Positions 36,558 through 44,075 of a stretch of 44,075 bases of DNA are shown here, in pieces. The stretch is from IMG/VR virus record IMGVR_UViG_3300002989_000038, positions 1-44,075 of that record; one strand, 5' to 3'. How positions within the stretch are numbered: position 1 is the first letter of the stretch; every line of letters begins with the position of its first letter. The notes under the pieces are model-generated. The model searched no databases. It was not told the DNA's origin and worked only from the letters and a program-made list of their open reading frames with translations. This stretch comes from a virus (Duplodnaviria > Caudoviricetes). A program made the position numbers and the translations under genes.

Positions 36558-36770
36558 CTATTTCAAGCCCTTCAGCGCGGTATTCCTAATATCCCTGCCG
36601 AGTCCTGAAAGCTGTTCATCACCCATACGCTCAACGATCTTGATCAGTGCAGCCCTCGCGACCGTATCAGCGACAGCCCGTAATCTGCACCCTCGCTGGT
36701 ATCCAGCATAAAAAGACACGGCACAAGCCAGGAAGAGGCCACTCCAGAACTGGAAAGCTAATTCGCTCAT
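36558..36770 (-). CDS. Small membrane hypothetical protein
   Basis: N-terminal hydrophobic helix; ATGA overlap with the upstream gene. Confidence 0.6.
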   Translation of the reverse strand: MSELAFQFWSGLFLACAVSFYAGYQRGCRLRAVADTVARAALIKIVERMGDEQLSGLGRDIRNTALKGLK

Positions 36771-37384
36771 GGCCGCACCGCCTCTGCCAGCACATCCAAC
36801 GGCCTCACCAGGCTAGAACTCTCGGGGTGGTACTTCAATAATTTACGCAGCACAAGGTACCGAACCGCCTCGCCAACCATCTCCTTTGCCTCGTCCGGTT
36901 CAGGGGTGGTGATGTCATACCAGACTCCGATATGTGGCCCACTGTGCCGAGCACCTTCGCAGTAGCACTCGATATCGGAACGGGCAGAAGCATACGCGAT
37001 AGACTGCTCCAGCTGGTACAGCTCGCCACCAATCAGCTTTCCGTGACTTTTCGCCATCAGCTCCCATGCCTTGCTCTTGGTTTTCAGGCGCTCCATTTCT
37101 TCCCGCAGATCCTTCTCGTACATTTCCAGGCTCTCGATGAAGGCCATCACGTCCAATGCGCTATAGACAGAAGAGACCGAGACGGTAACATCTTCTTGGT
37201 CAAGCTCATCAGCTTTGTCCGCCTCTGCCAGCAGGTACGGCGAGACGATCCCGGCCACACGCGTTACGTCTTTCTTGCGCGCTAAGTAGAGAGCCGCTTT
37301 GTGCTCCGGTGACCCTGCCTCAAGTTGCTCACCCAGCAAATGAGAGTTACTGCCATCAAATAGTGCATCTGCTTTTCCCATCAT
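36767..37384 (-). CDS. Hypothetical protein
   Basis: 205-aa ORF with SD GAGGAG immediately after the site 3 R box. Confidence 0.7.
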   Translation of the reverse strand: MMGKADALFDGSNSHLLGEQLEAGSPEHKAALYLARKKDVTRVAGIVSPYLLAEADKADELDQEDVTVSVSSVYSALDVMAFIESLEMYEKDLREEMERLKTKSKAWELMAKSHGKLIGGELYQLEQSIAYASARSDIECYCEGARHSGPHIGVWYDITTPEPDEAKEMVGEAVRYLVLRKLLKYHPESSSLVRPLDVLAEAVRP

Positions 37385-37395
37385 CCCCTCCTCAG

Positions 37396-37446
37396 GGTTT
37401 AACCAATCGCTCGTCCGCTACGCGGCCAGCTCTAAACCACTAAACC
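37396..37446 (+). other. attC-like site 3 (right end degenerate)
   Basis: GGTTTAAC-CAATC-GCT(C)GTCCGC-TAC-GCGGCCAGC-TCTAAACC-ACTAAACC; the GTT of the right box is missing. Confidence 0.55.
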
Positions 37447-37886
37447 TCAATTACCGGCGGCCGCCCCTCGTATCGCTGCCACGCCGCCAGGTGCCATTTT
37501 TCCCAAATCCTTAACTGCTCAAGCAGCTGCACCTCATCCTCTGCCGCAAATGCCACATCGACTGCAGCACTTGCCTGTGCTAAACGGTCCAATACATCCA
37601 GGCGGTTCACCTCAAGCCACTCGAGGGCTCCGCTCGGGCATATGGAGATCACCCGGCTATAGGTATCGCTGATGAGTTGCTGCATTTTGTCGGTCTGAAA
37701 TGATTTCCCATCGACCGCGCCGGAAAGAGAAAACCCGCAGGACTGGCACTTACCAGCATTTTCCTCCAGATCGATGCGGAAGCGGACAGCTCCGCCGCAT
37801 TCAGGGCAGGGCCCTGCATACTGTCCGGGGGATAATTCCCTGTAGTTTCCGAACTTTTTTACCAGGTCTAAGATCATTATTGGCAC
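37440..37886 (-). CDS. Primase-type zinc-ribbon protein
   Basis: 'YAGPCPECGG..RF........CQSCG' resembles the primase/helicase Zn-binding domain. Confidence 0.7.
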   Translation of the reverse strand: MPIMILDLVKKFGNYRELSPGQYAGPCPECGGAVRFRIDLEENAGKCQSCGFSLSGAVDGKSFQTDKMQQLISDTYSRVISICPSGALEWLEVNRLDVLDRLAQASAAVDVAFAAEDEVQLLEQLRIWEKWHLAAWQRYEGRPPVIEV

Positions 37887-37894
37887 CCTGCTCC

Positions 37895-38142
37895 TATTAT
37901 TACGCTTCAGTCCGGCTTATTACGCTTATGATTACGATTTAAGTACTTAATATTATGTTGTTATTACGCTTATTACTTGATTACGATAGGCATATAACGC
38001 GCGCGAACGTTCTTTATATGTTATGGGTTTACCCTCGCGCATATACGCGGGGGATGAATAAGCGTAATAAGCGTAATAATCTTTAAAAATCAATGATTTC
38101 ATGCGTAATAACTCCCGTAATCATGCGTAATAACCGTAATCA
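37895..38142. promoter_or_regulatory. Putative phage replication origin with inverted iteron arrays
   Basis: Six ATTAC(G/T) on the left (37899-37985) facing six CGTAAT on the right (38063-38140); AT-rich; directly downstream of the primase-helicase. Confidence 0.8.
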
Positions 38143-40539
38143 AATCTCGAATTTACCCGCTTTTGCGAACTCAAAATAGCAACACGTTAGCCAATCCTCT
38201 TGCGTCTGGCCTTCAGCACGCCGCCAATCCTCGCTGAGCAGGTGATCAGGTGGCACTACCATCTTCCGGCTGATACGCGTCGTACTATTCAGATCCTCTA
38301 GGGTGGTGAACGGCCTGCCGGATAGCCATCCTGGTTGCATATTGAGGTCCCCCATAAATTGCCGGTAGACCCTGGGCTTGGGCTCGTTGTTCCATTCACA
38401 GGATTTTTTGTAGACACTGAACAGCTGGGTGCCCAAGCACGGGCAGAAGGGTATCCCCGGTACGTCTCCCTGCTGCCATGCCCGGAGGAATGCCGAGACA
38501 CTATCCATGCTGACGTTAATCAGCTGCTCCTTGGCACGGGTCAACGGCGGCTTGGTATGTGGGTTAAACCCGCCTAGATCGAGATGCAGTAGGTAGTGAT
38601 GTAGCGCAGCAACACCTCCGCTCCGGATCTCTTCATGCACCTGACCATAAAATTTTTCGTCCAGCTTTTCCGGTGTATGGACCACTGTGTAGCGCCGGTC
38701 GTCCTTCTCCAATACCAAGGGCTGAGCCTCATTAGATAGGAAGGCCAGATTGACGTGGTTCCGCTCATCATGGGCCATGACATTTTTAGGGTTTATCCGG
38801 ATCCACTCCCCGGTGACGAGGCCTTTTAACTTATTTTTGACGTGGTAAAGCTCCGTGCGCGCGACGACCTCATCTGCGATGAGGAAAAGTTTTTTGCTCG
38901 CCCAATCATTAAATTTATCCTCGATCGCTGACTGGTCGACGATGCGGCCATAATCGCCGTAGATAGACATGATCGCTTCAAAGAACAGGTTTTTACCAGT
39001 CCCCTGCCCCCCGTGGAATACAAGTGCCGTCCGCATTTTCGCGCCGGGGAACTGGATAGGGTAGGCAACCCACTTAAGCACCCAGTCGTAAACCGAAGCT
39101 GGGTCCTCCTCATTGCTGCACAGATACTGGAGCAGTTCCAGGAGACAATCGCAGCAGCCGGCTTTGGGTTCGGTCGGCCAGCCACCCCATAGGTTGCAGA
39201 GGATGCGCGGATCGGTGCCCGCAGGGTCGAAACCGACTTCCTCGAGGCGCACGACTCGCTTCTTATCGCGCATGTCGCGCCACCCGTGCTCGGGGAGGAT
39301 GTCCAGGACGTCTGATTTCGGTACTAGGATATTCTCCTGATGGTCAAACATTGTGGCCTTTCCGCCGTAGACCAGCGAATATCGGTCTATCGCCTCATCA
39401 ATGGTGATCATCGATTTCAGCGAAGCACGCTTTCCCCCGCCCCCTACTGGTGTCACTTGGCGCGGCTTTTCGTCCCAGCCAAGCTCATTAACCCGGGCCT
39501 CTATCTGCTCGGCAACCAGAGAGATGCTCTCCAGACAGTGCAAGTCGTTGAAATCGGTCGGTCCCTTTGCATCGGTGGGGCGATCCGCAGTGAAGCGCGG
39601 CTTGATCCAGGCACCATCGGTAGCGACTGCCGCGGCTTCAGCATTGAGGACTCCGGCATTGGTTTTCTTGTGGGGCTGGCCACAGTGCAGGCAGGTATCG
39701 GTCGCCACCGTAGTGAACTTATGGCAGGCGTCGCACTTCTGCACCCAGTCGTCATCGGCGCAGATCAGCTGGTGCGCTCGGCGGTACTTTTTTTTAAGGG
39801 CCTGGGCTGCAGGCATGATGTTATTGGCGGACCAGACAGCAGCGCAGGGAAGACCGGTAGCCTCATGAAGGGTCGCAGCAGTCGCGTAGCCCTCGGCAAG
39901 GAGTAGGATCCGGCCCGAAGCCTTGCCTATTAGGTGGTAAGTCCCCCGCATCTGCAGGCCTTTGGGCCAGAATTCCTTGTCCCGGCCAGTCCTGGCTATG
40001 CGCTCATGTCCTCGAGGCAGGATAAACTGTAGCCCCCGGATGGAATTACGGTCATCACACATGGGTACAATGACGGCGCCGGTCTCGCTGAACCGGACGC
40101 CATGGGCGCCGACCTGCTTGCGGTCGAGGTATTCGCTGTCACCATCTAGCTGGCTGGCTGCCCAGGTCTTGGCGGCACGCTTGGACGCCAGGTCAGCTTC
40201 GCGCCGGCGCTCAGCCTCGGCCTGCTTATTGGCTTCCCGGTGTCTCACCTTTTGCGCCAGGAGCTGCTCGGGGGTCAGGTGCCCCCGTTTCTCCTTGGAG
40301 AGCGCGATGGTCTGTTTGCCATTATCGGAGCCTCGATAGATCCCGTATGCACCGATGACGAGGGAGTCGCCCGAGACGTTCAGGCAAGAGAGCCAGTACC
40401 AGCCCCGCTTTTCCCGCGGGCTGTCCTCAGTCCTGCAGCGAACGGGGCGCGCAGTGTCCACCAGGAGCTGATCAACAATAAGCCCGTAGTCACGCATCTG
40501 GCTGAGCGCGTCATCATGGTTAGAAAAATCAGGCACCAA
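38140..40539 (-). CDS. Primase-helicase (TOPRIM primase + SF3-like helicase)
   Basis: 'YL.RK.V', 'LQFI', 'AEGYATAATL.EA', 'CADDD', 'TDFNDL', Walker A 'GGQGTGKN', 'ADEV', 'DRRY.V'. Confidence 0.92.
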   Translation of the reverse strand: MVPDFSNHDDALSQMRDYGLIVDQLLVDTARPVRCRTEDSPREKRGWYWLSCLNVSGDSLVIGAYGIYRGSDNGKQTIALSKEKRGHLTPEQLLAQKVRHREANKQAEAERRREADLASKRAAKTWAASQLDGDSEYLDRKQVGAHGVRFSETGAVIVPMCDDRNSIRGLQFILPRGHERIARTGRDKEFWPKGLQMRGTYHLIGKASGRILLLAEGYATAATLHEATGLPCAAVWSANNIMPAAQALKKKYRRAHQLICADDDWVQKCDACHKFTTVATDTCLHCGQPHKKTNAGVLNAEAAAVATDGAWIKPRFTADRPTDAKGPTDFNDLHCLESISLVAEQIEARVNELGWDEKPRQVTPVGGGGKRASLKSMITIDEAIDRYSLVYGGKATMFDHQENILVPKSDVLDILPEHGWRDMRDKKRVVRLEEVGFDPAGTDPRILCNLWGGWPTEPKAGCCDCLLELLQYLCSNEEDPASVYDWVLKWVAYPIQFPGAKMRTALVFHGGQGTGKNLFFEAIMSIYGDYGRIVDQSAIEDKFNDWASKKLFLIADEVVARTELYHVKNKLKGLVTGEWIRINPKNVMAHDERNHVNLAFLSNEAQPLVLEKDDRRYTVVHTPEKLDEKFYGQVHEEIRSGGVAALHHYLLHLDLGGFNPHTKPPLTRAKEQLINVSMDSVSAFLRAWQQGDVPGIPFCPCLGTQLFSVYKKSCEWNNEPKPRVYRQFMGDLNMQPGWLSGRPFTTLEDLNSTTRISRKMVVPPDHLLSEDWRRAEGQTQEDWLTCCYFEFAKAGKFEI

Positions 40540-40936
40540 CGACCTCCGCCAGAGCCTGGAACTTTGCCTGCCAGCTGCGCACGGTGTCCTTGTGGACGGC
40601 GATGACCTTAGCTATTTTTGCCGGGGGTACTTCAAGCTCCGAAAGGACCGCAAGAAGGTAGATTTCACGCGGGTCAAGCTGGGAAGCCTGGAGGATAGTT
40701 CCCGTCAGGGAGGTGAAAAAGCGGCCGCACCCCTTATTCGGGCACTGGATCCGCTCGCACTGGTACCAGCGGCCGAGGCGCTTCTCGTCGGTCAGCTCAG
40801 TCTGGCAGTGCGGGCAACGCTGTCCGGTCGGGTGCAGCTGGTCGATGACCCAGTGACCAGCGCCCAGCCAGGAGAGATCGTCGGCAGAAAACTTAGCCAG
40901 GCACTTACCAGCGGACAAACCAATAATATCACTCAC
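40529..40936 (-). CDS. Zinc-ribbon + HTH protein resembling the IS1595/IS1 transposase N-terminus
   Basis: 'CPHC...QC...C.R.F..LTGT.L..S.L....' then 'IAK...V...TV..W'; no DDE domain. Confidence 0.65.
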   Translation of the reverse strand: MSDIIGLSAGKCLAKFSADDLSWLGAGHWVIDQLHPTGQRCPHCQTELTDEKRLGRWYQCERIQCPNKGCGRFFTSLTGTILQASQLDPREIYLLAVLSELEVPPAKIAKVIAVHKDTVRSWQAKFQALAEVVGA

Positions 40937-40990
40937 TTTTCAGCCCTCCGAAAAATTGCAACTCAAAAAAAGTTCACACGTAGCGAATTG

Positions 40991-41036
40991 ATGAGGGTCG
41001 AACTACCCGCATAGGGGAGACCCCCAGGGAGGACCC
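40991..41036 (-). other. Putative cos site (cosQ + cosN)
   Basis: Minus strand GGGTCCT (identical to lambda cosQ), 17 bp, then partial dyad ATGCGGGT-AGTTCG-ACCCTCAT; fits the GpA-type terminase. Confidence 0.7.
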
Positions 41037-41132
41037 GCGCCTTTAATGAGAGGATTTGGCACGTCTCTAATGATCTGGAAGGACGCGCTCCTCACGAGGG
41101 GGCGCGGGGGGAGAGGGGCGGGCTGTCTGGCA

Positions 41133-41963
41133 TCAATGACTGGCACGGTATGATAACTCCCTGGTGATCTCGGATTGTACCGAGCGTGCTACGTCAGAGC
41201 GCAGGCTGGCATCGACTATGCGCTGGCCTATGCCGAAGAAATCGAGACGCGGACGGTAGGTCGGCGCGTTGCGAGGGAACAGCACAACAGGCTGCAGTCC
41301 CCTCGGGTAGAGTGCAAGGGTGCGGTCGCGTAGGGCCCTCAGCCCGCCCTTGATCTTGCCCTGCTTAGTCAGTGCACGGCCGAGCAGATAGCGCCCGGCC
41401 CGCCCGCCCGCCTCATCACCTACAACCCTCTGGTAGATACCGGCAGGGAGCTTTCCTCTTTGACTGAGAAGCCGAAAGAACTCTTTCTTCTTGCCTGCCG
41501 AGCGGGCATTCATAGCAAAGCCGACATCGTGGAAGCCGCCCGAGATGGAGAGCAGCTTGGTGATCTGGCCTCTGCCGAGGTTCCCGTATTGGTCGAGCGT
41601 AGCGTACTTGCTCGGGGTGATAAACCGCCCGCCCATTCCCATCTCGAAAGGCTTTAAGGGGCGGCTTCCACCATCCACCTGCGGCAGAAGGAAGTGATCT
41701 TTCGTACCGAGGTTCGGCGGATCCTTGAACCAGACCTTGGCTTGGAGCGGTCCGCCTGGTGCGCGCGCAGGCGTCAACTGCAGGCTGTTCATGGTGAACG
41801 GCGTAGGTCGGTCGAATACAGAGGCCATTGCCGTCTGGAGCCCGCTCTGAACCCTGCGCGCGGTCGTATTGACACCGTTGGCAGCAGCATAAGGAATCTG
41901 CCGCTCCATTCCGGTCAGCCCCTGCAGCAAGTCGTCGATGCCCTTAATCTTGATTACAAACAT
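41133..41963 (-). CDS. Phage morphogenesis protein (tail completion / gpZ-like), basic
   Basis: 'QIPYA.A...N.TA..V', 'FDRPTPFT.NS', 'L.PQV.GG.R..K.FE', 'Y..RLDF'. Confidence 0.6.
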   Translation of the reverse strand: MFVIKIKGIDDLLQGLTGMERQIPYAAANGVNTTARRVQSGLQTAMASVFDRPTPFTMNSLQLTPARAPGGPLQAKVWFKDPPNLGTKDHFLLPQVDGGSRPLKPFEMGMGGRFITPSKYATLDQYGNLGRGQITKLLSISGGFHDVGFAMNARSAGKKKEFFRLLSQRGKLPAGIYQRVVGDEAGGRAGRYLLGRALTKQGKIKGGLRALRDRTLALYPRGLQPVVLFPRNAPTYRPRLDFFGIGQRIVDASLRSDVARSVQSEITRELSYRASH

Positions 41964-42151
41964 GCCGTCCGTCCAAGATGATTGCTGGGAAGTCCGCAGG
42001 TAGCAGAGGGGGGAAAGGGGGCAGGGCTAGAGGCATTGGAGCGTGCCACGAGCTCATCGATGATGGTTCTTACGATGGATCTGGTGACGAACGGGAACCA
42101 TGTGATGACAAGGTAGATTATCAGTTGTTCGATCAGCTTCTTCATCTGCAT
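41954..42151 (-). CDS. Small hypothetical protein
   Basis: 65 aa, SD GAGG, overlaps the next gene. Confidence 0.45.
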   Translation of the reverse strand: MQMKKLIEQLIIYLVITWFPFVTRSIVRTIIDELVARSNASSPAPFPPSATCGLPSNHLGRTACL

Positions 42152-42244
42152 TCCTCAGTAGTCAGTGTTGCCAATTGAACCTTCGAGTCTAGGGCACATT
42201 GTCTGTGCCCTAAAGTCCAACCTTCAATCTGCACTCGTCGCTCG

Positions 42245-42964
42245 TTATGCCAGTATTACAGTCCCTGCCGGCAGTTTCTCTGCCAGCCAACCGCGGATCC
42301 CTTCGACTGCTTCCTGTTCCCAGTTACCGCCGTCCGCTTCATGGAGCACGCACAGCGGGCCCTGGTTCCCGCCCTTCGAGATCCTGAAGACGAAGGCGCT
42401 CTCAGGCTGTTCGACCTCATGGAAAGTACGGTACGGCGCCAACCTCACGGGGTTGGGGACATCGACAGTTCCGAGTCGGGCGATGCCCGTCTTCGCCGTT
42501 ACCTGCTGGCCTATGCCGTCATCGGTGTAATCCACGGCGGACTGGTCAGATAACGAGCTGACCAGTTTTTGCAAGGCTTTCGTGGTCTCGGTCGGGACGA
42601 AGAAGGCCTGCAGAGATACGATGAAATTTCCAACATCCATCGATCTGCCAAACGGAAAAGCCCGAGGCGTGCTTTTAGCCTCGAGGTAGTCGTGACGGTC
42701 GAGCCACGGTTCCAGGGCGGGCGACATCAACCTGACCTGTACCGGGCTGGCCACATGGACGATTACAGCGGCAAGATCCAGCTCGTCGGGATTACGACCG
42801 AGGTAATCGGAGATCGCCACCAGGCTGCCTACCTGGAATGACTTCTGGGTAGGCGGATGGATCGGGAATGTTTTACCGTTGGCGGTAAGGTATTCGCGTT
42901 CCCCGATCTGGAAGCGTTCGACTTTCGCCAGTTCAAGTATCTTTTCAATGCCCTCTTTGATCAT
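42245..42964 (-). CDS. Conserved phage early protein (YfdQ/DUF2303-like)
   Basis: 'DDG..Q.VT.KTG', 'VPNPV.L.PYRTF.EV.QPES.FVFR', 'L.EADGG.W'. Confidence 0.65.
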   Translation of the reverse strand: MIKEGIEKILELAKVERFQIGEREYLTANGKTFPIHPPTQKSFQVGSLVAISDYLGRNPDELDLAAVIVHVASPVQVRLMSPALEPWLDRHDYLEAKSTPRAFPFGRSMDVGNFIVSLQAFFVPTETTKALQKLVSSLSDQSAVDYTDDGIGQQVTAKTGIARLGTVDVPNPVRLAPYRTFHEVEQPESAFVFRISKGGNQGPLCVLHEADGGNWEQEAVEGIRGWLAEKLPAGTVILA

Positions 42965-43320
42965 ATCTTCTTAACCTCCCCTGCTACCGATCTCAGAGGC
43001 GTCGGCTCGGTGATGGGCAGCTTGAGCTGCTCCGGATCGTACTCTGTCGCGATACCCTTGCCGCGTTCCTTACCGACGAATATCTGGGTAGCGAACGGTT
43101 TGGCACTGGCCAGCGAAGCAGAACAGGAAATGTTTACTTCGCAGAAAGTACGCGCACTGTTCGGTTTCAGCTTCACCTTCAAGGTAACTGTGCGGGCGCC
43201 CTCCCCGGTGTTCACATCCAACACGTTATCCAATGCGCGCTGGAACTCGTCATCAAAGCGCTCAATGGCGCCGCCCCTGCCTAAGTTCGCCAGGGATACT
43301 AAATCCGGCTGCTCATTCAT
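42961..43320 (-). CDS. Conserved phage early protein, partner of the preceding gene
   Basis: 'G.A.ERF..E......N..D.NT....R.VTL....KP'; ATGA coupling. Confidence 0.65.
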   Translation of the reverse strand: MNEQPDLVSLANLGRGGAIERFDDEFQRALDNVLDVNTGEGARTVTLKVKLKPNSARTFCEVNISCSASLASAKPFATQIFVGKERGKGIATEYDPEQLKLPITEPTPLRSVAGEVKKI

Positions 43321-43333
43321 GATGCCCCCTCTT

Positions 43334-43678
43334 TTAATTGATACCTGCACCCGCATATGCGGGGGAAACCCCGCTATACGTCATCCTGCGAAGCCTATTT
43401 TCTTCCCGCTCGCATATCCACGCTACCTGCAGAAACATCGAGGCACAGCCTCTGATGGCCTCAGCAAAATCTTTTTTATCACCATCTACCGCTGCAATGG
43501 TCAGCGCGGCCTTCGCCTCATGCAGGTAGCGGTCGAGATCCGGCCGGTCGTCCTGGAGCCAGTCAAGGGACTCGGCAGGGAGGCACTCCTCAAGCAGCTG
43601 CACCAGGTCTTCGGCTGCACGCTTCATTCTGGCTTGGCTGAGCTGGGATGGTTGTGCGATCTTTGCCATCATATCCAC
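43334..43678 (-). CDS. Hypothetical protein
   Basis: 114-aa helical ORF in the co-oriented cluster. Confidence 0.55.
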   Translation of the reverse strand: MDMMAKIAQPSQLSQARMKRAAEDLVQLLEECLPAESLDWLQDDRPDLDRYLHEAKAALTIAAVDGDKKDFAEAIRGCASMFLQVAWICEREENRLRRMTYSGVSPAYAGAGIN

Positions 43679-43833
43679 CCGAGTCGGTAACTGTCGTTGG
43701 TACCCTCGCGCTTACAGCTCTTGCTCGTAATCTTGCTGATGTGGGCCGTCTGGCGCACGGCCTGGACAAACTCCTCAGGGGTAAGGCTATGCCCTTTATC
43801 GGGGACGTAGGTCTCCGGTTCCCTAAGCAGCAT
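43669..43833 (-). CDS. Small hypothetical protein
   Basis: Likely start MLLREPETY at 43833; overlaps both neighbours. Confidence 0.4.
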   Translation of the reverse strand: MLLREPETYVPDKGHSLTPEEFVQAVRQTAHISKITSKSCKREGTNDSYRLGWI

Positions 43834-44071
43834 GGCGCACCAGGCTATATTCCTTACTGATGAAGAGGAGATGAAGTAGCTCGATGATAGTTGAAGTCCC
43901 GACACCGATATCTACGAGGCGGCCGTACATCTCCGACTCGAATTCGAGAACCACGGCAGTCTCCGGTAGGGGAGGATCCGGGATAACTACCAGGGCCGCG
44001 ATGACTGCGCTCAGAGTAGTACAGGCGGCTACCTGGTCCAGGGGGGGGGGGAGGAGAAGTAGCTGCTTCAC
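43823..44071 (-). CDS. Hypothetical protein
   Basis: 82-aa ORF at the window edge, co-oriented. Confidence 0.45.
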   Translation of the reverse strand: MKQLLLLPPPLDQVAACTTLSAVIAALVVIPDPPLPETAVVLEFESEMYGRLVDIGVGTSTIIELLHLLFISKEYSLVRHAA

Positions 44072-44075
44072 GTTG

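Larger units (their letters stand above)
2640..44075 (-). mobile_element. Lambda-like siphovirus prophage, continuing beyond the right edge; left boundary approximate
   Basis: Contiguous GpA terminase, W, portal, S49 protease, D, E, tail tube, G/GT, tape measure, M, L, K, I and J homologues plus primase-helicase; abrupt GC drop near 2660. Confidence 0.95.

Noticed and set aside
40529-40936. IS1595-family insertion sequence
   Set aside because: No catalytic domain, terminal inverted repeats or target duplication evident
42170-42251. Fourth attC-like site (GTTATGC at the stop of the 239-aa gene)
   Set aside because: No complementary R box at the other end and no bulged GCT(C)G stem

Overview
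The window holds the end of a host gene (48-2387, an Ig-repeat/YVTN beta-propeller lipoprotein; its style suggests a Geobacteraceae-like deltaproteobacterium, by inference) followed by about 41.4 kb of a lambda-like (GpA terminase, cos-type) siphovirus prophage. The prophage is almost entirely on the minus strand and runs off the right edge; no integrase or repressor is in view. Right to left it carries early genes, a cos-like site, a primase-helicase with a symmetric iteron origin, accessory genes separated by attC-like hairpins, terminase, portal, protease, capsid, a lysis cassette, the tail (G/GT frameshift, tape measure, M, L, K, I, split J), three mucin-like Thr-rich tail/accessory proteins with a coupled glycosyltransferase, and a low-GC GT2 moron. 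Top leads: (1) a candidate phage mucin-type O-glycosylation system, with a ppGalNAc-T-like enzyme plus lectin domain next to PTTTTAA-repeat proteins; (2) a small array of 48-bp attC-like sites with polarity inverted relative to their genes; (3) a major capsid protein with a signal-peptide-like leader; (4) the cos site separated from terS by the replication module. Several reading-frame lesions suggest decay or sequencing error. All family calls come from recalled motifs; no searches were run.
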